Source: a virus
Taxonomy: Duplodnaviria; Heunggongvirae; Uroviricota; Caudoviricetes
Length of the DNA: 62,800 nucleotides
Virus record (IMG/VR): IMGVR_UViG_3300042544_003430
Strand: one strand, 5' to 3'
Numbering within the stretch: the stretch's first letter is position 1; every line of letters starts with the position of its first letter. Positions 38,901 through 47,578 of the stretch are shown here, one piece after another. The notes beneath the pieces were generated by a model. It did not search any database and was not told where the DNA came from. It saw only the letters and a program-made list of their open reading frames with translations. Position numbers and translations under genes: made by a program.

Positions 38901-39326
38901 TTCGGTATCAACCCTATAATCAAAAAGAGAGGCCTAGGCGTTGTTATCTTCGGTAACCAAACCGGATATCAAACAGTTAACTCAGCGTTCAGCCTAGTGC
39001 ACGTTAGGGACCTTTTAATCAGTGTTGAGAATGATGTAGAACAAATTCTTTCCAACTACCTGTTTGACTTCAACGAAGATTCTATCAGACTTGAAATTAA
39101 AACATTGGTAGACAATTACCTTGATGGAGTTAGATCAGGAGGCGGAATCTATGCTTACCAAGTAATCATGGATGCTTCAAACAATCCACCTTCAGTAATT
39201 GATCAAAACATCGGTATTATAGACGTTATCCTTGAGCCAGCAAGAGGAATCCAGAAGTTCATTAACAGAATCACTGTTACTAGAACCGGAGGAATCGCAG
39301 CAGGAGGATTTATTCAGTTCGCATAA
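35955..39326 (+). CDS. gp18: Contractile tail sheath protein, unusually long (1123 aa)
   Basis: SGVYTLE, VGFSNKGPFNAP N-terminus; VPPAAFV, GNQT, VRDLLI, ILEPARG C-terminus. Confidence 0.92.
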   Translation: MAQKVKLDLSQFKASGVYTLEFDASANVILTSQTIRLVVGFSNKGPFNAPVYIPDVTTALAIFGDIDKTLEAKGSYFQRSIFTCLNAGPVFALNLLRLNNDVDSPTADKTPYFGYSVDTEQKNGVLTERLYASYYNKERFWYADTKYFLATRSIIDQGRIFNLVNLGSDAMSVIVRKSTDANPPLLGYDIFAIDWYGAGNVPSYVNPYDYISDWFIDVIAVSGDWTDYAALSQDPKWSSFFTANGFIKSQMNNFLNQQDVEIVSVTTGCLIIDFVNLNGNNEYIQTLINNNTPSNGLFCAIDEDALENLCTNPYKVDLVGNHLIDELSGDRDIEDAKLNFLSYDQNLLQDYLYTRNYSNLQDNAGITGATGAINVGTLYCLPSVAATTTWGGTAGVNVLGFNTYDPNAYVGGLHFLTAVTGASGSFAGLSAADLLDLQTFLTPSSTSNPYVVGQISGLTGSDSIIDQFSNGDLVKLKVANVAQVSGSLRIAFSHPLDISKYRALGISVTPLADDFAGSTYSPYGITGAILGGTASYQFGASDALGIQFTLGPGGTSATGPQAPTGFANALLGQITTPFYQNVLYAELQDGDTIYDNASGSSPQYLAYKQDVDRDQYAITYAFGYSNISRSSNSLEPLVNFGASYASVSTGQIAGYPATNKLDIISSIGSINEYIDVQGGINGKLSVTSFSLDSNLYTVSVGDLLVSTDLDLCQVGNANRQQRLTKVTSVATTSLSGIVTVTTARPIYFYSGGNTGLQVQKFQSIPQFTTSFDFTYLEGFQLSDFHRPNGQDARITEILDVMYNTNIAATLATKDVISFRYIVDTFSGVILPNSKYQLSKLAMMRGQALAFINAPSMAQFQESVDPRFTAAPTAADPYPALQTQYIADGGNLALNPSYTFSLPTQALGASFAAFYAPYVTLRENNRNVNVPPAAFVSNNFVAKFANGEPYAIVAGQKRGTIAGTNLVGLEYDFTLEDRSYLEPFGINPIIKKRGLGVVIFGNQTGYQTVNSAFSLVHVRDLLISVENDVEQILSNYLFDFNEDSIRLEIKTLVDNYLDGVRSGGGIYAYQVIMDASNNPPSVIDQNIGIIDVILEPARGIQKFINRITVTRTGGIAAGGFIQFA

Positions 39327-39385
39327 TCTGAAAATTTTGAAAGATTAAAGAAGTTGGATAAATATAGAAAATAAGAAAAAACTGA

Positions 39386-39937
39386 ATGGCTGGATTACCA
39401 CATTATCAAAATTCACTGTTTGGGATAAACAAATACGAACCTGTTTACCTCAACCAGTTTGAGGTTTTAATTACCCCTCCTGGACCAGTTCTGGGTGGTA
39501 ATATTCTACTAGAGCAAGTAACAAATATAAACGGGATGGCAGTTGATAAAACTCCGGCTCCTGTAGAACAGAAGTATAAATTTGCAACTAGAAACTATTC
39601 AGGAGCAAAACCCGATACTACAACATTTGACTTGGGAATTTCATTTTCGGTTAACTTGAATGATGCAAATTCTATGTATGTTTTTAAAACCCTAAGACAA
39701 TGGACAGATTTGATTTACAATCCTATAACAGGAGCAATGGGTTTAAAAAGAGACTACACAGGAACTATTGTCATCTCAGTTTTCAATAAGCAAGGGGATG
39801 TATTTAGAAGAATAACTTGTAGAGATTGTTTTCCTTTGAAAGGTATAGATGCTATGGAATTAGATTATACTTCAACTGAACTATACGCTATCAATATGAC
39901 TTGGGCAGTAGACTATTGGGACGATCTGTTCTTATAA
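39386..39937 (+). CDS. gp19: Tail tube protein, copy 1
   Basis: Follows the sheath; EPVYLNQFEV...RQWTDLIYNP...DCFP...TWAVDYW. GATAAATA at 39357. Confidence 0.8.
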   Translation: MAGLPHYQNSLFGINKYEPVYLNQFEVLITPPGPVLGGNILLEQVTNINGMAVDKTPAPVEQKYKFATRNYSGAKPDTTTFDLGISFSVNLNDANSMYVFKTLRQWTDLIYNPITGAMGLKRDYTGTIVISVFNKQGDVFRRITCRDCFPLKGIDAMELDYTSTELYAINMTWAVDYWDDLFL

Positions 39938-39952
39938 AATAAATAAAAATAA

Positions 39953-40531
39953 ATGGCAGGACTACCACATTTTACGAATTCCGCAGCAGGTATTAAACTT
40001 TACGAACCAGTTTATTTAAACCAGTTCGAGGTTATCATTACCCCTCCTGCTGCTGTTACTTTGGCCAATACAAGGTTCAAAGGAGAGGGAATATTAACCC
40101 AACAGGTAAAGAAAATATCAGGATTAGCAGTAGACATACAACCATCAGGTGCAGCTGTTCAGAATTACAAATTTGCTGAAAGAAGATATGCAGGAGGAGC
40201 TCCTGGAGATACTTCAGTTACTTTTTCCGTAGATTTTGAAGTAAATTTAAATGAACAAAATTCGATGATCATCTATAAGATCATGAGACAATGGGCGGAT
40301 TTAATTTACAATCCATTAACTGGTGCGATGGGTCTGAAGAAAGACTACGTTGGATCTATGGTAGTTTCAATCTTCAATAAGCAAGGGGACGTATTCAGAA
40401 GAATTAGTCTTAACAATTGCTTCTTAACTGAATCAATAAATGAAATGGCTTTAAATTATGGTGCGGGGGAAACCTTATATGAATTAAACACTTCTTGGAA
40501 AGCAGATTACTGGCAAGATCAATTCTTATAA
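39953..40531 (+). CDS. gp19: Tail tube protein, copy 2
   Basis: Clear paralog of 39386 (MAGLPH, EPVYLNQFEV, GAMGLKxDY, FNKQGDVFRRI). Confidence 0.8.
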   Translation: MAGLPHFTNSAAGIKLYEPVYLNQFEVIITPPAAVTLANTRFKGEGILTQQVKKISGLAVDIQPSGAAVQNYKFAERRYAGGAPGDTSVTFSVDFEVNLNEQNSMIIYKIMRQWADLIYNPLTGAMGLKKDYVGSMVVSIFNKQGDVFRRISLNNCFLTESINEMALNYGAGETLYELNTSWKADYWQDQFL

Positions 40532-40559
40532 TAATTTCATAAACCGAAACTTTTTCGAG

Positions 40560-40592
40560 ATGGATATTCTAAAATATAGAATATCCATTTTT
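40560..40592 (+). terminator. Intrinsic terminator after the tail tubes
   Basis: ATGGATATTCTA-aaata-TAGAATATCCAT followed by a T run. Confidence 0.75.
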
Positions 40593-40632
40593 TATTGTAT
40601 GTGGGTATATAAAATATAAAGAATAATTTAAT

Positions 40633-41718
40633 ATGGGACTAGAAGATCAAGGAATTTTAGGAGGATTATCTCCAGAAGAAATACTTTCTATGAAAGAAAG
40701 AGAAGGTGGAATCGTTTATGATGATCCTGTTTTGGAACCTGCCCCTCCGTCAGAGCCTAAAGAGCCTTTGGAATCACAAAATACAATGGATCCAGTCTCT
40801 GTTTATCAGGAAGAACCAATTAGTCTAGGAAGAGTAGAAAATAGAATTCGTAGGCCTGACCCAGAACCTCAATTCAGTCCAGGTCTTGATTTTGGATGGA
40901 AAAATTTACCTCTTAATATTCTTCCTTCCAAAGGCTGGTTTTATCCAGACGGAACAAAGATTGCTATTAGAGCAGCAGAAGTTAAAGAGATTAGACATTA
41001 TTCGACTATAGATGAGGATGATCTAATAGATTTAAACGAGAAACTTAATTTCATATTAAGTAAATGCTGTACCATACATTATCCAGGAGAAGGAGTAGTT
41101 TCGTTCAAGGATTTAAAACAGGAAGATAGATTCTTCTTGATTATGGCAATTCGGGATTTAACTTTTGTTCAAGGTGAGAATAGAATAATTATAACTCCAG
41201 ATACAAATTGTGAAGATAAAAACGTTTGTCCCCTATCAAACGGAATAGAGCTAAGAACTGGTATTTTATCCGATTATGAGATAGACTCAAAAATTATGAA
41301 ATACTATTCCCCGATGGATAGACTCTTTATTTTACCTGTAAAGAAATTGGGAAAAGAAATTAGAATGTCTGTTCCTTCCATAGGAATCATGGACGAGATT
41401 ACTTCTTTTGTTGTAGAATCAGAAAGAAAAGGTGTTGAAGTTGACGAAAGCTTTATCAAGATTGCTCCTTTTATTTTCGAAGAATGGAGAGGTCTTAATT
41501 ACAGAACAATAAGCGAAAAAATGAAAGAATCGGATTCTTGGTCTAAAGAGGAATTTTCTTTGTATTACGAACTTTCAGAAGCTATTAAAATCGGAACAAA
41601 GTTAGATATTAAACTAAATTGTCCAACCTGCGGTGCTGAGGTCGCCGCACCAATAACGTTTCCCTTCGGGTTCAAATCTCTTTTCGTTATTTCAAATATC
41701 TTTGGAGAACTTCTTTGA
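40633..41718 (+). CDS. Baseplate hub/tail assembly protein (T4 gp26-like)
   Basis: LPSKGWFYP, DRFFLIMAIR and C-terminal CPTCG; position after the tubes. Confidence 0.55.
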   Translation: MGLEDQGILGGLSPEEILSMKEREGGIVYDDPVLEPAPPSEPKEPLESQNTMDPVSVYQEEPISLGRVENRIRRPDPEPQFSPGLDFGWKNLPLNILPSKGWFYPDGTKIAIRAAEVKEIRHYSTIDEDDLIDLNEKLNFILSKCCTIHYPGEGVVSFKDLKQEDRFFLIMAIRDLTFVQGENRIIITPDTNCEDKNVCPLSNGIELRTGILSDYEIDSKIMKYYSPMDRLFILPVKKLGKEIRMSVPSIGIMDEITSFVVESERKGVEVDESFIKIAPFIFEEWRGLNYRTISEKMKESDSWSKEEFSLYYELSEAIKIGTKLDIKLNCPTCGAEVAAPITFPFGFKSLFVISNIFGELL

Positions 41719-41893
41719 TCTGAAGTTCAGAATGTGGAAGGAACATGGTCTTGATCCGGTTTGGGTTGAGTCTATTCCTTATTACGAATACCAAATTTGG
41801 CTGGATAAATTGAATCTTGCTGTTGAGGAGGAAAATAGAGAAATAGCAGAAGAGTCTGGTAAGAAGGAGATATTCAATTTGTCTAAGCAGTAA
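41702..41893 (+). CDS. gp51-like baseplate hub assembly/chaperone peptide (TTG start or frameshift product)
   Basis: SLENFFDLKFRMWKEHG...SIPYYEYQIWLDKL resembles small T4-like gp51 proteins as recalled; frame is open from 41657. Confidence 0.55.
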   Translation: MENFFDLKFRMWKEHGLDPVWVESIPYYEYQIWLDKLNLAVEEENREIAEESGKKEIFNLSKQ

Positions 41894-41899
41894 AATTCT

Positions 41900-41907
41900 G
41901 ATATATA
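41900..41907 (+). promoter_or_regulatory. Putative late promoter GATATATA
   Basis: 19 nt before the GTG at 41927. Confidence 0.6.
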
Positions 41908-41926
41908 AAAGAAAAATACTTTTTTA

Positions 41927-43300
41927 GTGGCAGATTCTTCCCAAAAAATACTTAAAGAGCTTTCTGACCTTACCAGAAATCTAGATGTTCTGGTAAAAGA
42001 AATAAGAGCAATGAACAAAACGACTTCATCGGTCCAGGATGCTGTTGTTAAATCTGTTGAGAAAAAAGAAGCTGCACCTGATAAAACCGAGAATAAATCA
42101 TCAACCTCGGATCCCCAAAAGGTAATAGCAGAAACTAAAAAAAGCCAAGATAACATGTTTTCTAAATTTCTTGAAACTTTCAAGAAAAATTCAGAAGCAG
42201 GAAATAATGAGATCAAAAAAGCTGGATTATCAGGGATAAGAAATGCTGGAAAAACTTTACTGGAAACAAAGTCTTTGAAGGATGCTGCTAAAGCAGGTAT
42301 TTCCGGAGTTTTAAAGTCTAGTGCCGGTAGTATAGTAGAGTCAATTAGAAGAAAAAAAGAAGAAAAAAATTCTACTATAGTTGAAGGGGTTACTAGTACA
42401 GAAGGTCTTAAGGAAAAAGAAAAAGCTAAGAAAGAAGAAGCGGCAGTGGCAGAAAAAGAATCTGCAGAAAAGAAATCTAAAGAAGCTGAAAAGAAAGAGA
42501 AGAAATCTATACTAGAAAAACTCAACATTAAAAAGAAATCTAAGGAAGAAAAAATAGAGGCGGAGAAAGAAAAAACTGCGGAAGAAAAAACGGAAAGAAA
42601 AGGTCTTCTTAGCAGGCTGAGAGAAAAAATATCGGGGAAAGATACAAATAAGGAAGGCACTCTTTCTGATCTGTCGAAGGAAAAAATCGTACAGAAAGAT
42701 TCAGCTTTAGATTCATCGGTAGCTGGGGTTCAGGAGAAAAAAGAACCTCCTTCTTTAAAATCTCTTACTCCTGGGATAACCCCTGAAAAAAATGCAGAGA
42801 AAAATATCGATCTAAAAGAGATGTCGAAGAGGATTTTTCAGAAAACTACTTTAGGGTCTACAATTAAGGGGGTTTCCGATGCTATAAAAAAGAAAAAAGC
42901 CGAGGATTCCTCTACCTCTCCGGCTTCTGTTGAAAATAAACCTGAAAAATTATCTGTTAAAGCTAAAATAGAAAAAGCCGGGACTGAATTAAAAGCTAAG
43001 ATAAGAGGAAAGAAAAAAGAGTCACCTGCTAAGGAAAAAACAGAAACCCCTGTAAATAAGGAAACCACAACCCCGTCAGATGAGAAAAAACCGATGGAAT
43101 CTAAGGAGCCAGAGAAAATTAGTGCATCTAAAGCTGGAGAAAAAAAGAATGAATCTAGCAAGGACAAGTCAACAGAAATTACTGCTCAGGACATAGCTGA
43201 TATAAAAGCTCTTCTTGCTTCTATGAATTCAGCCTTAAATGGACCTTTGAATATAAGGGACAATAAGCCATATAGACCACATTCCCATATTTTGGAATAA
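41927..43300 (+). CDS. Lys/Glu-rich low-complexity protein; hub/tape-measure candidate (GTG start)
   Basis: Position after gp26/gp51-like genes; late motif; extended charged helices. Confidence 0.45.
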   Translation: MADSSQKILKELSDLTRNLDVLVKEIRAMNKTTSSVQDAVVKSVEKKEAAPDKTENKSSTSDPQKVIAETKKSQDNMFSKFLETFKKNSEAGNNEIKKAGLSGIRNAGKTLLETKSLKDAAKAGISGVLKSSAGSIVESIRRKKEEKNSTIVEGVTSTEGLKEKEKAKKEEAAVAEKESAEKKSKEAEKKEKKSILEKLNIKKKSKEEKIEAEKEKTAEEKTERKGLLSRLREKISGKDTNKEGTLSDLSKEKIVQKDSALDSSVAGVQEKKEPPSLKSLTPGITPEKNAEKNIDLKEMSKRIFQKTTLGSTIKGVSDAIKKKKAEDSSTSPASVENKPEKLSVKAKIEKAGTELKAKIRGKKKESPAKEKTETPVNKETTTPSDEKKPMESKEPEKISASKAGEKKNESSKDKSTEITAQDIADIKALLASMNSALNGPLNIRDNKPYRPHSHILE

Positions 43301-43335
43301 TTTTTTTTAAATTTCTTTGGATTAGATAATTGGGC

Positions 43336-43347
43336 GACCGTATATTT
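43336..43347 (+). promoter_or_regulatory. Class II motif GACCGTATATTT
   Basis: 19 nt before the dCMP deaminase-sigma operon. Confidence 0.6.
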
Positions 43348-43366
43348 AGTTGTATCAAAGAAAACT

Positions 43367-43945
43367 ATGACAAACAATGGAATAAATGTGGAAACGGCCG
43401 AATATGTACTGGCCAATCATCCGGAAAAATTAGATTTACCCTTTTGGTCACTTCCGCAAGATGGAAATAAAGGAACATTTATTTCTTCTGAGCAGAAAGA
43501 GAATCTCATCAGAATTATAAAATCTGAGAAAACCCTAAAGACAGATTTAATCTATTTAAAAATGTCCGAAATGTGGGCGACAAATTCCCACTGCAAAAGA
43601 ACCCAGGTTGGATGCTTAGTTGTTAAAAATAAATCCATCATCTCGGATGGTTATAACGGGAGTCCGTCAGGATTCCCGAATCAGTGTGAGGACGAAAACA
43701 ACGTTACACTCCCTTATGTTCTCCATGCGGAGACGAATGCGATCACAAAACTTGCTAAAAGCACTAACAGCTCAGACGGAGCTACAATTTATGTTACTCT
43801 TTCTCCTTGCTTTGAGTGCTCTAAATTAATCATTCAAGCTGGAATTAAGAGAGTTGTATTTAAGGAGTTATATAGAAAGACAGATTCAATAAAATTCCTC
43901 CATGAAGCAGGAATAGAAATTGTCAGAATTAAAGAGATTGAATAA
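43367..43945 (+). CDS. dCMP deaminase
   Basis: SHCKRTQVG, GYNGSP, HAETNAI and SPCFECSK zinc motifs. Confidence 0.92.
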   Translation: MTNNGINVETAEYVLANHPEKLDLPFWSLPQDGNKGTFISSEQKENLIRIIKSEKTLKTDLIYLKMSEMWATNSHCKRTQVGCLVVKNKSIISDGYNGSPSGFPNQCEDENNVTLPYVLHAETNAITKLAKSTNSSDGATIYVTLSPCFECSKLIIQAGIKRVVFKELYRKTDSIKFLHEAGIEIVRIKEIE

Positions 43946-43970
43946 AAAATTAAAAGAAATATAAGAAAAC

Positions 43971-44591
43971 ATGGAAAAAGAATTGAAGAAAGAAAAGAAA
44001 GAAAAGAACATTCAGGTACTTGCTAACAGTTTTATTGAGCTCCGTAGCGAAAGAAGTTTTAAAGATCTGTTTGAAAGGGTGAAACCCGGAGTGATAAATC
44101 ACTGTTACACTATTTTAAAAGATTCGGAACTTGCAGAAGATGCGTTCCTAAACACAATGGCCAAGGTCTGGCTAAAAATAGACCAATACGATAGCTCAAG
44201 AGGAAATTTTTCCACCTGGTGTTATAACATAGCAAGGAATGAATCCCTACTGATTCTAAAGACTAGAAAGAAATACGTAACTCAATCCCTAGATGATTTG
44301 GAATATTCTTCTTCTAAAATGGAAGTTAAGAATCCATCCTACACTATTGAAGAAGATCCACTTTGGAAATTTGCTCACGACGGGGACAGTATAGACGATA
44401 TGTACGAAACTGCCATCGAGGAAATAAGATCTCTTCCTACCTTATACCGAGACATTATGATCGATAGAGAGATCAATGGAATGAAGTATAAAGACATAGC
44501 TGATAAGTATGGAATTAAAAAGAGATCCATAGCAACAAGGATCAGAAGAGCAAGAAACAAAATAAAATTAAAGATGGAGGAAATTAAATAG
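43971..44591 (+). CDS. Sigma-70 family (ECF-like) RNA polymerase sigma factor
   Basis: LAEDAFLNTMAKVW...FSTWCYNIARNE (region 2); LPTLYRDIMIDREINGMKYKDIA...IATRIRRAR (region 4). Confidence 0.88.
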   Translation: MEKELKKEKKEKNIQVLANSFIELRSERSFKDLFERVKPGVINHCYTILKDSELAEDAFLNTMAKVWLKIDQYDSSRGNFSTWCYNIARNESLLILKTRKKYVTQSLDDLEYSSSKMEVKNPSYTIEEDPLWKFAHDGDSIDDMYETAIEEIRSLPTLYRDIMIDREINGMKYKDIADKYGIKKRSIATRIRRARNKIKLKMEEIK

Positions 44592-44607
44592 TTTTTTCCA
44601 CTATAAT
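44580..44607 (+). promoter_or_regulatory. Class III variant GAAAT-N17-TATAAT
   Basis: One mismatch; upstream of 44626. Confidence 0.4.
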
Positions 44608-44625
44608 GAAGAAATCCAAAAAATT

Positions 44626-45075
44626 ATGCTTAGACTTTTTAAAGTAATAAAAGAAATAAGACTATATCGAGAATACCTCTCCACAATCAAAAAAGAGTCT
44701 TTTGATTCACCAGAATGGTCGAAATTGAGACTTAGAAAGGATTGGTTTGGAAGAATATTTACCGTAGTAAATCTTCCTCCTGAAGTAACTGAATCCCCAG
44801 ACTTCCCTAAATATGCTAGACCATCGTTTGTTTTTGACCAGATTAGACCCATTAATGATTATCTAACAAAAATGAGTTTGCAAGAACTACTTGCTCCTTT
44901 GATTAATCCAATTAAGGGAACAGACGAAGAGTCTTATCTGGTAATTTACTACTTTGTATTTAGAGAATTGTCCTTACTCTGGATCGCAAGATTTATCGCT
45001 GAAGTTACTGCTTTGGCTTTTATATTTTCATACAGAACGGAAATATTATCTTGGATTGTTGGAATTTTTAATTAA
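44626..45075 (+). CDS. Hypothetical protein with C-terminal hydrophobic segment
   Basis: 149-aa ORF. Confidence 0.55.
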   Translation: MLRLFKVIKEIRLYREYLSTIKKESFDSPEWSKLRLRKDWFGRIFTVVNLPPEVTESPDFPKYARPSFVFDQIRPINDYLTKMSLQELLAPLINPIKGTDEESYLVIYYFVFRELSLLWIARFIAEVTALAFIFSYRTEILSWIVGIFN

Positions 45076-45077
45076 TT

Positions 45078-45890
45078 ATGATTACAAATTCAACTAAAGA
45101 GGAATTTTTAAGTAAAATTTCAGTATTCAAAGATCCAAATTTCGTCTTTGAGGAGGGGGCTCACACCTATCACTATAAGGATATAAAGTATGATTCTGTA
45201 ACAGGTTTTATCAAGAGATTCAAAGTCCCTTTTGACAGGGAATATTGGTCAAATAGAAAAGCAAGGGAAAGGGGAGTAGATGTTTCTGTCATTCTAGAAG
45301 AGTGGCAAGGGAAAGCAAATGTTGCTAACGATCTTGGAACTAAAGTTCATAAATGGATTGAGGATTTCTGGGGTGGAGAAAAGAGAGAACTAGATCTAGA
45401 AAAAGACGGGGAAAGATTAGTAGAAAGAGTTGGCAAATTCATGGAATTATATGACAGCAGATTTAAGAATCTAGTTCCTCTAACTTCCGAATTAAAAATA
45501 TTTTCTCGGAAATGGAGATTAGCAGGAACTATAGACCAACCTTTTTTAATGTGGGATACTAAACAGAATAAAGTCCTATTCTTAATAGGAGACTGGAAAA
45601 CAAATAAAGAGTTTAAGTCTGATGATCATCCAAATGGAAAGTATAAGAAACTGCTTCACCCTTTCTCTCATTTATGGGAAAACCATTTAAATGAGTATTC
45701 TATTCAGGTAAGTTTATATAGACTGATGCTAGAGGATGAAATAGGTTTAGAAACTCACGGAGGATTCCTATGTCATATTGGTCCAGAAGGACCGGCTAAA
45801 ATTTATCCAACAAAAGATCTAAGACAGCATCTAAGGGTCTATCTTCAAAATAATAGAGAAGATTTCGATATTTTTGACGTAAATAATTGA
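45078..45890 (+). CDS. PD-(D/E)XK exonuclease
   Basis: SVTGFI, GTKVH, LAGTIDQ, DWKTN and QVSLY motifs. Confidence 0.85.
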   Translation: MITNSTKEEFLSKISVFKDPNFVFEEGAHTYHYKDIKYDSVTGFIKRFKVPFDREYWSNRKARERGVDVSVILEEWQGKANVANDLGTKVHKWIEDFWGGEKRELDLEKDGERLVERVGKFMELYDSRFKNLVPLTSELKIFSRKWRLAGTIDQPFLMWDTKQNKVLFLIGDWKTNKEFKSDDHPNGKYKKLLHPFSHLWENHLNEYSIQVSLYRLMLEDEIGLETHGGFLCHIGPEGPAKIYPTKDLRQHLRVYLQNNREDFDIFDVNN

Positions 45891-45914
45891 AACTTTTCTC
45901 AATTTTAAATATAA
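45889..45914 (+). promoter_or_regulatory. Class III motif GAAAC-N16-TATAA
   Basis: Upstream of 45937. Confidence 0.55.
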
Positions 45915-45936
45915 GAATATAAAAATACTAATATAA

Positions 45937-46458
45937 ATGGCAAATCCAAAAACAACCCCAATTACCGCATCCGAAATCACTCCAAGTGTAGCTGGATCTT
46001 CTACTAATCTTGCAGACACCTTTATTGATACTTTGGACACTAAAAAAATCCAATCACTAGAGAGTCAGGTTAAAAAACTTAAAGAAGATACTGCAAAGAA
46101 AGTCTACGCAGTTAAAATGAGTGCAGGTCTTTTAGAAGATCTTATTCTTTTTGTAGAGGAGAATTCAGAATGGTCTCAAACTGAATCTTTAGGTGTTATT
46201 GAAGTTCACAAAACTTTAAGTAAAATCAAACAAGAAGGAGTTAAAGACAATACGATTTTTCTAGGCTCATTACCATTGGAAGCTACTCATTATTTCCTTT
46301 CTAAATCAAAAGGAAGAGGTTTAAAGGCAGCAGAAAGCTTCATTTCTATTTTCAAACCTATCGCAGTAGCTTTGGAAGAAGTTAAGAAAGATGCTTCAGC
46401 TATCCAAGACCTTGAAAAGGATTTAGCAGCTGCTCAACAAGGAATCGAAACTGCTTAA
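45937..46458 (+). CDS. Hypothetical protein
   Basis: 173-aa ORF followed by a terminator. Confidence 0.6.
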   Translation: MANPKTTPITASEITPSVAGSSTNLADTFIDTLDTKKIQSLESQVKKLKEDTAKKVYAVKMSAGLLEDLILFVEENSEWSQTESLGVIEVHKTLSKIKQEGVKDNTIFLGSLPLEATHYFLSKSKGRGLKAAESFISIFKPIAVALEEVKKDASAIQDLEKDLAAAQQGIETA

Positions 46459-46474
46459 TCTTAAATAAATTTAT

Positions 46475-46508
46475 AAAAAAGCACTCATTTTTATGGGTGC
46501 TTTTTTTT
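46475..46508 (+). terminator. Intrinsic terminator
   Basis: AAAAAAGCACTCAT-tttt-ATGGGTGCTTTTTTTT. Confidence 0.78.
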
Positions 46509-46511
46509 GTG

Positions 46512-46519
46512 GATATATA
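46512..46519 (+). promoter_or_regulatory. Putative late promoter GATATATA
   Basis: Directly after the terminator and before the membrane-protein genes. Confidence 0.6.
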
Positions 46520-46542
46520 AATCTAATTAAATTAAAATTAAA

Positions 46543-46830
46543 ATGAACAAATTAGACAATTTTTTATCTAAACATGGGATTAAAATCATATTGGTTTTGT
46601 TGATCCTAATCTACTTCAAATCCTGTGGGGTGAATTCTGAACTAAACAAAGTTAAGAAAGAATTACAAAAAGAAAAATCTATCATCGAATCTCTCCCAAA
46701 CAGGAAGGATTTAGAGATTGAAGGACTGAAAGCCGAAAAAAGAATGATTCAATCCACGGACAGAAAAATCCTTGATGTTAATAGACAAACTCAGATTGAT
46801 GAAGAAATAAAAAAATTACAATCCAAATAA
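46543..46830 (+). CDS. Single-pass membrane protein with coiled coil
   Basis: IKIILVLLILIYF transmembrane segment followed by heptad-like helix. Confidence 0.6.
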   Translation: MNKLDNFLSKHGIKIILVLLILIYFKSCGVNSELNKVKKELQKEKSIIESLPNRKDLEIEGLKAEKRMIQSTDRKILDVNRQTQIDEEIKKLQSK

Positions 46831-46836
46831 TTTAAA

Positions 46837-47577
46837 ATGAAGAACAAATTTGTACACAGATCCATTATAGTAACTTTTGTTTCTCTTTATCTGCTGGTAA
46901 GTGTTATTTCAACGATTCACGTTATAGATTTCTTCCAGTTGTCCAATCCTTACTGGCTTGCAGTTTCTTTAGCAATTGGATTTGAACTTGGAGCTGCTGC
47001 TTCATTGGCTTCATTGGTTATTCTAGACAAAATGAACAGAACTCTGGTTTGGATCCTATTTGGTGCTATTACTCTGATGCAAATGCAGGGGAATATGTAC
47101 TATGCTTTTTCTCACATGGAGAATTTCCAAGGATGGTCTGAACTTTTTGGACTAATTGAAGAGGATGTAATTTATCAAAAAAGAATATTGGCTGCAGTTT
47201 CGGGGGCAATACTTCCTTTAGTTGCTCTTGGATTTATTAAATCCCTAATAGATTATATAAAACCTGAAAACAATTCCAAAGAGCCGGAAATAGATGATTC
47301 AAATTCTACTATTGCCGAATATCTTTCATCTGACAATGAATATATAGAGGGAGGAGACTCCTCGTCTATTGACTCTGTTGGCGGAGTGACAGAAAATATA
47401 GAAGAGGAATTAGAATCTATAGTAGAAGAAAAATTAGAATCTATAATAGAAGAAAAATTAGAAGAGTCTATACAAAATAGAAGAATCCAAATAGAAGAAA
47501 ATAATTTACTTCCTGTGAATTCTAATAAGAAAATAGATTCCTCTGGGAAAGTAAATATAAATCCACTGCTTTTATAA
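46837..47577 (+). CDS. Multi-pass membrane protein with acidic C-tail
   Basis: About four hydrophobic segments; tail has an LESIxEEK repeat (24-bp unit near 47405-47470). Confidence 0.65.
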   Translation: MKNKFVHRSIIVTFVSLYLLVSVISTIHVIDFFQLSNPYWLAVSLAIGFELGAAASLASLVILDKMNRTLVWILFGAITLMQMQGNMYYAFSHMENFQGWSELFGLIEEDVIYQKRILAAVSGAILPLVALGFIKSLIDYIKPENNSKEPEIDDSNSTIAEYLSSDNEYIEGGDSSSIDSVGGVTENIEEELESIVEEKLESIIEEKLEESIQNRRIQIEENNLLPVNSNKKIDSSGKVNINPLLL

Positions 47578-47578
47578 A

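Noticed and set aside
40546-40575. GAAAC as another class III promoter
   Set aside because: No TATAA at the right spacing; the downstream bases belong to a terminator hairpin.
41782-42660. 292-aa minus-strand ORF rich in Phe/Ser
   Set aside because: Antisense shadow of the Lys/Glu-rich plus-strand gene; no motif or upstream signal.
45078-45890. Cas4/CRISPR-associated role for the PD-(D/E)XK nuclease
   Set aside because: No Fe-S cysteine cluster pattern and no cas genes or array nearby; it resembles ordinary phage exonucleases.
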